From assembly GCA_951406725.2 (NCBI GenBank), contig OX597821.1:90706001-90770000 (forward strand): DNA of 64,000 nucleotides, read 5' to 3'. Origin of the DNA: Octopus vulgaris. Its lineage: Eukaryota. This document shows, piece by piece, positions 39,344-54,071 of the stretch. Position numbers and translations under genes: made by a program. Under the pieces are notes generated by a model, which ran no database searches, was not told where the DNA came from, and worked only from the letters and a program-made list of their open reading frames with translations. Numbering within the stretch: the stretch's first letter is position 1; each line of letters begins with the position of its first letter.

Positions 39344-39377
<34 letters not shown>

Positions 39378-39509
39378 GAAAGAAAGATGTGTATAAGCAT
39401 GTGCGCACATACTCACACACACCGATGTGTTTATGTGTGTGTGTGGGTTGTATTATTCTCTGGCAGTCCGTCGATTACAACGACGTGTGTACGAGTTGAT
39501 CCGATGTAT

Positions 39510-39729
39510 ATACTCTTTCATTCTTTTATTCTTTTACGTGTTTCCGTCATTTGACTACGGCCATACTGGAGCACCATCTTTAATCGAGCAAATCGACACC
39601 AGAACTTAGTCTTTGTAAGCCTTGTACTTATTCTATCGGTCTCTCTTGCCGAACCCCTAAGTAACGGGGTCGTAAACACACCAACATCGGTTGTCAAGCG
39701 ATGGTAGGGCGACAAACGTAGACATACAC

Positions 39730-39778
<49 letters not shown>

Positions 39779-39992
39779 AGTGCAACCCACAATGGGATAA
39801 CCCACCATGGGATAACATGTATCCAAGATACTGCTAGTAAAGCACCCAACAAAGTTAATACATGATTGTTTTGTTCTATATTATTATGTTTGACCTTAAT
39901 GCTCATATGTAGTGGTTTAATAAATTATGTGATTAGGTATTATCTGGTAGTTGATTATTGATTTAGATGTATTTCTCCATTTCCTTATTTTG

Positions 39993-40032
<40 letters not shown>

Positions 40033-40067
40033 GAATACGACGGGCTCTTTTCAGTTTCTGTCTACCA
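39510..40067 (-). mobile_element. SINE family A partial copy with a ~220 bp insertion (39776-39995) in its (TA)n
   Basis: Tail and body 39510-39735; SINE sequence resumes ~40035-40067. Confidence 0.8.
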
Positions 40068-40080
40068 CATACACACACAT

Positions 40081-40129
<49 letters not shown>

Positions 40130-40130
<1 letters not shown>

Positions 40131-40547
40131 TCTTTTATTCTTTTACTTGTTTCAGTCATTTGACTGCGACCGTGCAGGAAAACCGCCTTAAAGGGTTATA
40201 GTCGAAGAAGTCGACCCCAGGAATTATTCTTTGTGGGTTTAGTACTTATTCTATCGGCTCTTTTTGCCGAATCGCTAAGCTACAGCGACATAAACACACC
40301 AGCATCAACTAACAAGCATTAGCGGGGGTGGGGGACAAACATAGACACACATACACACATAAATACACGCGTGCGCATACACACATATACGACAGGCTTC
40401 TTTCAGTTTCTGTCTACCAAATCCACTCACAATGCTTTGGTCGGTCTGAGGCTATGGTAGAAGACACTTGCTCAAAGTGTCACGCAGCGGAACTGAACCC
40501 AAAGCCATGTGACTGGAAAGCAAGCTACGTACCACACAGCCATGCCT
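40130..40547 (-). mobile_element. SINE family A
   Basis: Colinear reverse complement. Confidence 0.9.
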
Positions 40548-42179
40548 ATATATACACGCGCACACACATACCGATATTGTGCTTGACGCCTCTAATTTCA
40601 TTACCACCACAAGAGGCTGGTATTACAGACAGAGTTGATACACCAATGCATATTTGTTTGTACTGAAGACACTGTAACTATTGCCTCCGGCTGTTGCTAC
40701 AGTGTTTGATATCAATGTCACACGAAACATTTCCATTAATTAGAGATTAAACATAAGATACTAATTACTGTCTTTTTATTTATTTAACTGCGCATGTTGT
40801 ATACTGGATATTTGTTTGTAAGAAACTGGAAGGGAAGAAATAATGTGCAAGCAATGATATAGTGATACACTATAGCTCGTGGGTTATTATAGTATCACAC
40901 AATATTGAGATTAGCCAAATGGATAAACAAATATCTATTCTTACTACTAATGCATTTTTTTTTGTTTGGATAATTTTCATAGTTACTATCTTGATAAAAT
41001 CGCGACAAATGGTTAATTTAAACAACCGTCGCTGTCATTTCAAGTTATTACAATACAAAAGATAGCGTAGCTATTATCAAAATGCTTCAGCTGACGTTGC
41101 TCTTCTTTTTGTTTAACCGCAGGTTGTCCTTAATTGGGCAGATAAGATTCCTGCAGTCACCGACCTATTTTCTGGCACATCTGGAACTATACAGTCTAGT
41201 AAGCAGATTGAATAACTATGCAAAGGCTCCTCTATAATTCGTCGTACGTTATGTAGTTATTTGGTTGCGAAATACCTTTTGAAATATCATGATTCAAAAT
41301 TTAATCCTACTGCGCAGCACCTTCGATGCTGGACGTTTACGGTTATCGTAGTCTATCACTTTCCATATCTTTTCCTAATCTAACTGTTCCTAAGGTAGAG
41401 TATTTTTGCCTCAGCTATGGTGACTAAATGTTCTCATCTTTCATTTCATTTTCCGAATGCAAATTTTCCAAAATATTTCTCGCTACCACTCTTCATTAAC
41501 TTTTGCATTGAAATATCCCATAACTATGGAGTCGTGATAAAATTTAGCCGTGATAAAATTCAATCTTTTCAATGTCTTTGCTGTCGCGTGTGGGGGAATA
41601 TATCTGATTGATTTTTGAACATCGCATTTCCTGAGATAAAAAGTTTAGCCTCTCGATGAGTATGTAGATAAACGACAGAATGCTATTTTTGACACCGATT
41701 CTTTACAATCAAACCCCACAACCTCACGACATTTCAATCGATCTATTTCACATTTAAATTCTTCCTTTTCCCATATTTTGTAGAATCTTAATTAATTTTT
41801 TCTTCCGTCATATGAATCATATGGGACTTGGGACTTTCTTGCCAATGACTTGCAGATTCAGGTGTATATGACAAGGTTTGTTCCCAACTTCTGGGCGACT
41901 TATGCGTTTCTTAAATTCTTAATAGCCTGTTTCGTTTTTGATTTCACTCTGGTACCATAAATCTACCTGATTGGCCAACAGAGGATTGATGCTTGTCTTT
42001 TCGAATTTGTTCTGGCTACTATGTGAGACCATACCAATAGCTGAGCGGTTAAGTAGAAATTCGTTATATATTATAAGCTTTCAGCCTCTTGTGACCCGTC
42101 TGTGTCCACTTCTGCAAGACAATCATACAGTAGAGACGGTAACACTGTATCTTTGTAGCTTGTTTCGGCATGCCAGAGT

Positions 42180-43185
42180 AATACCCTGCTGCCATATTTA
42201 CTGAACAGCCATTGTCGCCGTTACACTGCAATGAGGGCATTGAAGTTGGATTTGCAAAAGCTTTTGAAATGAGCGGAAGAATATGTATAAACTACCTCTT
42301 TACATTACCTTTGACTACAAAATAAGTCTTTAGTAATGTAGAAGGAAATACAATGCTGAAGTATTTGAAGATGCAAGGAGTTGAGGCGAAATATATCTAA
42401 CTTCTCGCAGTGACGAACTTGGGATCTGCCAATATTATAGTTTGATTTACTGTCAACAACCATGAAAGTTTCAGTCGGAAATATCACCAGACTAGGAGAT
42501 ACCATCTCTCCAATGATGTTCATCACATGTCTCGAAATGGCTATCAGAGACAAATACTAGAAAATTGGCATCAACATCAATGACGAGTTATTAATTCAAC
42601 CCGATCTCCTAAAGCAGATGACATCGTTCTCTTCGCAGAATTTTCAGAGCGGCTGCAGACCAATGCTGACAAAGTGAGACATTAAGAATTCCAAAGTTGG
42701 CCTTAAATAAACTGCACGAAAACAAAATACAAGCAGTCTACAAACGCAATACAAAGATCAATATTTCTTAGAAGAGATGACGCTGAAAAAATGAGGTTAA
42801 TGAATACGTCTGCTTGGGAGAGACAACGAATATATGACTAGATATGAAGACTGAAACCTCACGCTGTGTAAAAGAAAAGTGAAAAATAAATGTTTGCTTG
42901 GATAAAAGATGAGCGAGACCTTGCATAGCATTTTCTTGAATAGCACCATTCTACTTGTGTTCTTATATGCTCTGTGAGAAAGCTTAATGAATGGGCAAGA
43001 CACAGAGGGCAATGGAAAACATGAATATCGTTGAAGAACGGGAACTTATCTGAAACCAAATGCTCAAGTCCCGCTTAACCCGATACGCCTCGAGACTCAC
43101 AGACAAATAATGGGCCAGTGGTATACAAATGAACAAAAGAGACCATTCCGAAGACTTTCGAAGACGATGGGAAAGCCACATTGTC
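42180..43185 (+). mobile_element. Degraded RTE-clade LINE, RT to 3' end
   Basis: DLQKLL/FAKAFE region, GDTISPMMFITCLE, GININDE, ADDIVLFAE, KVGLK*..KTKY, RLTD...WY.NEQKRP. Confidence 0.8.
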
Positions 43186-43603
43186 AAACAATATAAGATG
43201 AAAGAGAAAGGTGTAATCAAGGGGAGAACAGAAACGCACTGTGAACATTGATGTATAAGGACATCTGAATGTCATGCCAAAAGAGAATGAAAATATGAAA
43301 AAATATAACTCGCTTCTAAATATTTTGTTGTCTCTGTGTGAAAAGGCATATGACTGAATGAATTATTGCTGACGTAAGGGACAAAAGAACATAGGGACAG
43401 AAAAATGATGAGATATGTTAGTAACAAAGATAGCGGTGGCCCAGCAAACAATACGAAGAAATCTTCTTCATTCGCTCTTTTGCTTTGGGTTTCAATATAA
43501 AAGAATGTCCATTCAACTGTGCAAGACAAAAGTAATAAAAATGATACTAATAAATAAATAAAATGAACATTTCACACACACACACACACTCACATATATG
43601 ATC

Positions 43604-43657
<54 letters not shown>

Positions 43658-44039
43658 TACCAATTATATACGTTATTATTATTTTTTTGCAATTTACTTA
43701 ATCATTAATATTTTATTGCTATTTTAATTTTAATATTTCTATTATATGTAATTTTCTAGTTCGTGTAATTTAATTGCTCATTTTGAATTGATAAAAGGTG
43801 GGGTTTTTTTCTAATTTTATATATATATATATATATTATATTGTGTGAAATTTGATTCAGTATTTATAAATTGAATTATTTTTTTCCCTGTAAGTTTGGA
43901 TTTATATTCCCTCAAATAATAATAATTATCATAAAATTAATATGAACAGCAGTTTGCAATGTTTCACCAAATAGGAGAATTACAAATGTCATTAAATGCG
44001 ACTAGGGTGTTAGACAACACCTACATTGCTAGAAATAAG

Positions 44040-44465
44040 AGCTAAAACACTCGAATAGTTAATGCACTTTTCGGACGATTATGGTTTTTGTCTTGCTCCT
44101 GTTTTATGGCTATTTGTATCAGTTTTCCTTGCTTCTGAATTAGATATTTCTGTAATCCTATGGTGGATAATTTATAATAGTTTTCTAGTTGAATAAGGCT
44201 ACCTTCAATTCGTATATAAGACTACCTTCAATTCGTATATATAACCTTTCTATGTCAGATTTTAGGTAGTGCATCCTAAATTCAGTCACTATTTTTTTGT
44301 TTTCCTTTCTAGTTTAGTTAACTCATTTAGAGTCATATTACAAATATTTTAACTGTAACTTATAACTGGGAATAGTGTTGATACCTATTATCTTGTTTTT
44401 CGCATTGAGCCCTGTTTTCAGGATTAATCTAACTTGTCTATAGTATTCCTTCTTTATTTTCTCTT
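44040..44465 (-). mobile_element. R4/Dong post-RT fragment
   Basis: KEKIKKEYYRQVRLILKTGLNAKNKIIGINTIP. Confidence 0.75.
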
Positions 44466-46389
<1,924 letters not shown>

Positions 46390-46781
46390 TGATATTTATG
46401 TCGGACGATTTGTTGATGACCAGGACAAGTCACCTCACATGACTGCCGCTTTACAATAGTAACTGTATATATGAGATTGCGATTCTAGGCCACACAAATA
46501 TATATACTTAATACAGAATTTTATTGAGTATGTAGGAGCACTACTTCCCTTTAGAGGAACTGTTATCCATCTATGCGTTATTTGGTTAGTATAACCAACC
46601 GCTTTACCTCGCGCATAGATACACACTGCCACCTATATCAAAGTCACGGGAAATTTTTAGTCAGTTCCAACCAGGCCTCCAAGGGAGTAAGATGTAGTGT
46701 CATGTCGCAGGCGGAGCTGAACTCCACCATGTGGACAACATCTAATGGAGAAATACACTGGAACTAAATAACTATTTATAA

Positions 46782-47310
46782 GGAAAGACTTTTTCTTTCC
46801 CACCCACCCCATTTTCTCGCTAATTATTATTAAAATGTTGGGTTTTTTTCTGCCAAAAACCCACGTTTACGGATACGGAGATTCCAGAAAATTTCCAAAA
46901 ATTGGAATTTTGAAATTGCTTGCTCTCGCATTACCCGCTTCCCCCCGATTTCTTCATTTTTCACTTTTTTTTCCGTAACCCTAAACCTAAAATCCCAACC
47001 CTAACCCTAAGTAGAAACATTTTTGGAAACTTTTTCAGAATCATAATCTCTGTATTTTTCCGCATATTTCAAAAAAAAAAAAAAATTCTGAAAAAAAAAA
47101 AAAAAACAGAAAAAAATTCTGTAGAAAAAAAGTTAAAAATGAAGAACTGGGGTGGCGGATAATTTCAAAATGCCGATTTTTTCCAATTGTATTTAGTGGC
47201 TGTTTTTTTTTTTTTTGCAGATTCATCTTGGGCAAGTGTCTTTCTCCGTAGCCGAAAAAATTAAATAAAAGAAAGGGGTGTTTGGAGGGTATATAAAAGG
47301 AAGTCTTACC
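46782..47310. mobile_element. Possible Merlin-like MITE with internal (CCCTAA)-like repeats
   Basis: GG..CC ends ggaaagactt / aagtcttacc; weak TSD; aaccctaaacctaa..aaccctaaccctaa at 46977-47010. Confidence 0.4.
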
Positions 47311-47688
47311 ATTTACGGACTGTTCGAACATCTACCATTTCACATTGCGATTTGCTCGACTAAAGGCGGTGCTCCAGCATGGCCGCAGTCAAATAACTGA
47401 AACAAATAAAAGAGTAAAAGAGTGAAAGACACCTTTTTCCTGGATTTGTGAACCTATAACGCGTCGCCCGAACTGTTCTTCTGTTACAATATACAGTAAC
47501 AGTAAGAGTTACGTATCTTAATATGCTATACACCTTTATCCTGGCAAGCAAACCTTGATTTAATGCTATAACGCGTCGCCCGAACTGTTCTTCTTAAGCC
47601 TTCTGAACGTTGTCTATTATTTCATTACAAGGTACTATACTACCGCTGTTATAAAAAGTCATGTTATTTTACTAAAAAAGTATACAAA

Positions 47689-47852
47689 AAGGCGCAAGAG
47701 TGGCTGTGTGGTAAGTAGCTTGCTTACCAACCACGTGGTTCTGGGTTTATTCCCACTGCGTGGCACCTGAGGCAAGTGTCTTCTACTATAGCCTCGGACC
47801 AACCGAAGCCTTGTGAGTGGATTTGGTAGACGGAAACTGAAAGAAGCCCGTC

Positions 47853-47894
<42 letters not shown>

Positions 47895-48093
47895 GTGTAT
47901 GTGTTTGTTCCCCTAACATCGCTTGACAACCGATGGTGGTGTGTTTACGTCCCCGTCACTTAGCGGTTCGGCAAAGAGACCGATAGAATAAGTACTAGGT
48001 TTCCAGAGAATAAGTCCTGGGGTCGAGTTGCTCAACTAAAGGCGGTGCTCCAGCATGGCCGCACCCAAATGACTGAAACAGTTAAAAGAGTTA
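47689..48093 (+). mobile_element. SINE family A, full length (additional tail fragment at 47349-47421)
   Basis: Colinear with the other copies. Confidence 0.95.
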
Positions 48094-48144
48094 GAGATGT
48101 ACGTGCAAATGTATATATGCATGTAAGTGTGTATCCCTATATGT

Positions 48145-48358
48145 ATTTCACTACTGCCCACAAGGGGCTAAACTCACAGGGAACAAACGGATTATGTTGA
48201 TTACATCGACCCCAGGGCGTAACTGGTACTTAATTTATCGACCCCGAAAGGATGAAAGGCAAAGTCGACCTCGGCGGAATTTGAACTCAGAACGTAACAG
48301 CAGACGAAGTACGGCTACGCATTTCGCCCGGCGTGCTAACGAGTCTGCCAGCTCGCCT
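48145..48358 (-). mobile_element. SINE family D (Deu/Nin-domain-like)
   Basis: Reverse complement: tRNA-like head, gagttcaaattcc, gcctttcatcctttcggggtcgataaattaagtacc. Confidence 0.85.
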
Positions 48359-48742
48359 ATGCATGTGTGTGAGCGCGCGCACGCACGCATGTTTAAATCT
48401 GTATGTCTTTCGCTGATGTATGTCAGCGAGAAACCGAAATAAGTGACACGCCCTTGTTGTTATCTCCTTATAAAAAACCTGTGAACGAGTGATTGATATG
48501 TCGGAATTCTCGAATCAATGAATTTACTATTGAAAAAAATTATCATAAGTGAATAATTGAATTACTGTTCCGGTGAATCTTTTTTGATTCGATTAGTTCT
48601 TGGTTTACTTTGTGTAATGCTAAACCCTAGCTGTCAAGCAAATTTATATACACATAACAATTAACATATACAAGTAACACAGAAAATATTGTTGCGAACG
48701 GAGCAGCCTGAGTCATTGGCGTTGTCAGTTAGAATCACTTAG

Positions 48743-49152
48743 GGATCTTTTCGGTTTGAACGGCAGTTTTTAACATAATTTCTAGGTAACTAAAAAAATT
48801 TTAAACTTCGTATACTGGTAGAATGTGTTTATAAAACATCTTTTTCTTTTGGCTTTATTGAGAAAATTCTATAGTTTGTAAGATATTTGTGTGTTTTTTT
48901 TTCTTCAATTTCTGCGATTTCAACCAATCAATGACGTGTATTGAGTTAAAAAACATTCTGTGCCGTATGAATATGTCCCTCGTTTAAGAAATAGATTGGG
49001 TTTATTTACATTTGTGAAGAAAAAAGATACCCTTCCCCACCCTAACCCTAAAACAGATTGAAATGCAATAGATCAATACTAGGTTCATAATTATGGGTGA
49101 CAATTTCATATGACACCGCTAGAAAAAACTGCCGTTCAAACCGAAAAGGTCC
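48743..49152. mobile_element. Merlin-like MITE
   Basis: 29 bp TIR ggatcttttcggtttgaacggcagttttt (1 mismatch), GG..CC termini, 8 bp TSD tcacttag/tcatttag. Confidence 0.8.
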
Positions 49153-49562
49153 TCATTTAGTTTTAATTCTAAATTACAGACGGTTTGTTAAAGGAAATAA
49201 CTGTACTGTTTATATTAACAGCAGATTAATAAGAGGAACTCTACGCAGTCATTTGACTTCCTAGAAAAACACAACTACGTTGCTTCATATAACGCAGCGC
49301 GTTTCAAAAGTGGTATGAGACATTAAATGTGTAATGACAATAAAAAGCGTTGCCAGCAATTAGTAAATGTTTGCTAATCCTTTACGAAATTAGTTAAATA
49401 TTTGTTATCACAACATTGTTAACATCGTAAATAACGTTCAGTTGGCTCACTGATCAAAGGAGTCTCTAAATTGTAGATCGACGTGCTACAACGAACAGTG
49501 ACATTTCGAGCTATTTAACTCCTCGGAGTCATAAAAAAAGTAATGGCACCTTTGCTAATGTA

Positions 49563-50125
49563 TTGGGTTGTCCGGAAAGTTCGTGCCGATTTATAGTAGC
49601 TTAGATTTCGACTTATTTTAGAACATGGTTGAGTTCGTAAAATAGGATTTGACTACACCTCCATTCAGAGCACAGTTTAAGCTATCTTTTCGTGAAAAAA
49701 ACTTTATGTTGCTATAACCTGTGTTAATTCGGTAACTCTTTAAAATGGAAGATAAGAAGGTTCATTTTCGGCACTTGATGCTTTGGGAACCAGACAAAAA
49801 CTGCTGCAGCTTGGCTGGGATGTGTTACCCCACCCTCCATATTCACCAGATATTGCTCCTTCGGATTTCCACTTATTCAGGTCTCTACAGAATAGTCTTA
49901 ATAGTAAAAATTTCAATTCCTTGGATGACGTAAAAAGGTGCCTTGATGAATTCTTTGCTATGAAACCACCTCAATTTTGAGAAGAGAGTATTTTCAAGTT
50001 AAAGATGGAGACACATAGTGCAACAAAATGGGGTTCATATTTGGTGGATTAAAAATGTAACGGCAAGTATTTATTGACCTTTTTCTTTCCTTTAAAAATC
50101 GGCATGATCTTTCCGGACAACCCAA
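49563..50125 (+). mobile_element. Internally deleted mariner
   Basis: 30 bp TIR ttgggttgtccggaaagttcgtgccgattt; MEDKKVHFRHLMLWE joined to TRQKLLQLGWDVLPHPPYSPDIAPSDFHLFRSL. Confidence 0.95.
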
Positions 50126-50127
50126 TG

Positions 50128-50742
50128 CAAGATGCATTCCAGATGTTTTGAGACTCTTTTCCGATGAAGCAGTTATTAATGTCCTATATTATTGTAATGT
50201 CCTATACTAATGTCCTATATTAATGTCCTATATCATTTTGATTTTAGTATATCGTTACTATACCTTTAATAACCTAACTTGCCATAATTTTTATTCTAGG
50301 TTGAAGAAGATGGCTGCAACTACACTTTGAAAATGCCCTGCTAAACACTGCTTGTCACAGGCTACTGCTAAACACTGCTCATCAGGATTCCATTCTGGTA
50401 ACGAACTACCTTACAGCGATGAAAATCAAAACTCTCCCTCATCGTCCGTTCAGTCCAGACCTTGTTCTCTGTGACTTTTGGTTATTCCCCAAGCTGAAAG
50501 AGAACCTCTTGGGAAGTCGTTTTGAAGGCATTGAGAAAATGGAGTCTGTGACGAGGATTCTGGACACCTTCACTTTGAAGGATTTCCATAGGGGTCTTCG
50601 CAAAGTGGCTGGTCACTACAACTAGTCCGGTCCGTTGAAGTCAGAGGATTTTACTTTGAAGGATATTACGATTTTTGTACTCCTTTGAAATTAAATAAAT
50701 ATCTCTCATGAAAACCCTTTAGAACTCTCGGAATTCACCTCG
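50128..50742 (+). mobile_element. Second mariner remnant, different subfamily
   Basis: LPHRPFSPDLVLCDFWLFPKLKENLLGSRF...VEVRGFYFEG; weak TIRs. Confidence 0.8.
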
Positions 50743-52079
50743 GACTTGGGTGCGTGTACGCGTGTGTGTGTGACCATGTCTGAGAAAAAACGTGATGGTT
50801 TTCATTCATTGGAATATTCATGGTTCACAGGCCTGCTTAAATTGATCTAACACTGGGCCAAACAAACAACAACTATGTCAAATATAAACAACGATCGCTG
50901 TTGATATTCGATAATGCTAGCTATGGTTCTTGTATGAAGAACAGCTCACGTTAGAGTGAAACATTAAGCATAAATACCTGTCGTGTAACTTCATACCACA
51001 TAACTTTATACTAATGCATTTCTATTTCATTTAATCGTTTAATTCAATATATGTTTAATATTAGATTACTTTAAGATTCTAACATTCCATGATGGGAGAT
51101 AGGTCATGGTGAGATAGGTCAAAGTGGTAATGTTGAATAATTATGTGACTGCTGTTGGCCCAGCAAGGTGGATAATCTAACAAGGCTTTGGAACGGCGGG
51201 TCTGGAAAAATATCAGTTAATTCACTAAGCTTTCTTCGCTATATAACAATGCAAAGATATTTCGTTACAGATCCTTGCCACCTCTCATTCCTGGCTGTTT
51301 AATCGTGTATATAAAGGACATGGAAAGTTGATAATTATATAAGTTGACATGCAAAAGGTGATGATAATTCAATAAGATTCTCTCCATTGTTCCGGATTAA
51401 CGAGCATCAATTGAATCCTTGATAAACTGATGCAGAAAATGCAGAACATGTGCATTACCTCATACAAACTTTTCTGCACCATTCCCAGCTAACTGTCTTC
51501 AACTGAGTAGAACCAAATTGCAAATTATAATTCTAATGTGATACAATAGCTGTGGGGTTAAGGTGCAAACCAGCAGATAATATGATCACGGGTTCAAACT
51601 TTTAACTATTGCACTTTCGATGGAGGCGGAAACATATGACTGCTCGCTTCAGTCTACTCAAATGCAAACAGAATTCAATAAAATTTGTTGGTTTAAAGTC
51701 GACATGCTAACGTAGTTCGAAAGTTTGCTTCGCAATCTAGTGGTTCCTAGAACGAATTTCCATGCGCAGTACCGGGATATATTAATTATCTTTTAGCGTA
51801 TCCTCAGCTCGATCTAAGTTATGGTTTGAGATTTGGCTAAGATCTTGGTTAGCATGAATCGACCCTACAAAATATAACTGGAATAAAAGTAAGAAAATTA
51901 CAGCCGAATTTTTTTGTAGTTTGCAATCTTCTACAAGCAGTAGAAGCATTACCTTGATAGAAATGCAACGTCTTTTTACTGTATAGATTTAGGATTTTGA
52001 TAAAAATTGTATTTTTCTTTGCAAAGCTATGATTTAAGCAAAAGCTTTAAGGGTATTATTTATAGCCAGGAAAAATAAT

Positions 52080-52450
52080 GGTAATCGCACCAGAACTGAA
52101 AAGACATTCGATGTAAATGATTGCTCGTTTGAACGATTTAAGAATAGAATAGAATTAATGTAAAAATTTGTAGAGAGTCATCCAGTACTGATAAAGTTGA
52201 AGCTCAATGCACTGCCTTTTTGCTAGGAAAAAAATGATCGAAGAAAACAAATATATAATAGGAATGAAACCGGATTATTTTGGAAACGAATGGCTTCGAG
52301 AAGTCGCATTTTTTAAAACGAACAAACTCAACCAAGTTTCCAGCGTTGTAAGGATCGCTTGGCACTTCTATTTGAAGAAAGGTCAGGCGAAGATTTTAAG
52401 TTAAAACCGTTGGTTGTGAATCGTTCAGTAAATCTCCCGAGTTTTCACAG
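52080..52450 (+). mobile_element. pogo/Tigger transposase fragment
   Basis: FERFKNR, NETGLFWKRMASRSRI, KDRLALL, DFKLKPLVVNRSVN. Confidence 0.75.
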
Positions 52451-53223
52451 AAAACATACGTTGTGCTTACATCTGACAAATACACAATAATCAGTTGTAA
52501 CCTCGACACCACATTGTTAACTGGATTTTGAATAAGATATTCTATGCAAATATCACGACAGCAGGTCATTTTTTCCCCCCATTTTTACGCCTCTAATGCC
52601 AATGTTCGCTCCTTTTATGCACAATATCTCGTGCTCTAAATAATACACGAGATTGATGACATCTAAAAGAGAGATTTGGCTTTAGAAATGTGTATGAGAG
52701 CAATGACAAATTTATTCGACAAATATCTCTCTAAGTATCCATTTTCATGATGCATGCCATGTGTGAACATATCTTCTTTATAACCAGGATACAATCAAAT
52801 GCAATGAAGGCTGTCGGTTTTCAGAAAAGTTACTGTATTACATGCATTTGCCGCTAATCGCTGTAACTCTCTTCACTTCACAACCATTATATCTAGGGCG
52901 AAAATTTTGGGCGAAACCAATTTAAATAACGAAAACATCACACTGGATATTCTACAGTGGTTTTATGAGAGAAATACAGAGAAATAGAAAGGAGAGAGAG
53001 ATAAAGAGAGAGAGAAGGAAGAAAAAGAGAAAGGAAATCACAAAAATAGTTTGTGTATGATACTCCTTTACTTTTTTGTTGGCTTGGTTTCAGTCACTAG
53101 ATTCTAGCCATACTGGAGCAGCGTTTTCAAGTATTTCTGTTAATTATATCGATCCTACTCTTATTTTCGTCTGGTATTGGATCAATCCCTGTGTGTTGAC
53201 CGGCTGAGTTTACTTTTGGATGT

Positions 53224-53523
53224 CACGTCACGTGACCGACCAGACCATCCGATGTTGTTACACATCGCTAGTCACAATGCATTCGCATTGTTTTAGCCTT
53301 CGAATGACGCCACCCCGCTGGCTAAGCGAGCAGGCCAACAGAAGAAAGAGTGGGAGAAAGAGTGGTGAAAGAGTACAGCAGGGATCACCACCCCTTGCCG
53401 GGGCCTCGTGGAGCTTTTAGGTGTTTTCGCTCAATAAACGCACACAACGCCCGGTCTGGGAATCGAAACCGCGATCCTGCGACCGCGAGTCCACTGCCCT
53501 AACCACTAGGCCATTGCGCCTCC
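53224..53523 (-). mobile_element. SINE, head B + RTE-type tail T3
   Basis: 12 bp TSD acttttggatgt (53212-53223, 53524-53535); inserted into an old SINE A tail (~53065-53211). Confidence 0.95.
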
Positions 53524-53684
53524 ACTTTTGGATGTAAAGGGAAGCAACCCAATGACTGTTTTGCACACGCATATTGAATCATTCGCATAATTATTAAAAC
53601 GTCAGAACTACACTTAATAAAACAAAAAGAGATATCTAATATTGCACATTCTTTACATGTACTTAGAACCTTTACTAATGTTGT

Positions 53685-54071
53685 GTGGAGGCGCAATGGC
53701 CCAGTGGTTAGGGCAGCGGACTCGCGGTCGTAGGATCGCGGTTTCGATTCCCAGACCGGGCATTGTGAGTGTTTATTGAACGAAAACACCTAAAGCTCCA
53801 CGAGGCTCCGGTAGGGGATGGTAGTGATTCCTGCTGTACTCTTTCACCACAACTTTCTCTCACTCTTACTTCCTGTTTCTGTTGTACCTGTATTTCAAAG
53901 GGCCAGCCTTGTCACACACTGTGTCACGCTGAATATCCCCGAGAACTACGTTAAGGGTACACGTGTCTGTGGAGTGCTCAGCCACTTGCACGTTAATTCC
54001 ACGAGCAAGCTGTTCCGTTGATCGTATAAGCTGGGACCCTCATCGTCGTAACCGACGGAGTGCTCCTATAC
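53685..54071 (+). mobile_element. SINE, head B + tail T1
   Basis: 12 bp TSD tactaatgttgt (53673-53684, 54072-54083). Confidence 0.95.

Noticed and set aside
53685-53760. tRNA gene
   Set aside because: This is a SINE head continuing into the SINE body with a TSD; no proper acceptor stem or terminator.
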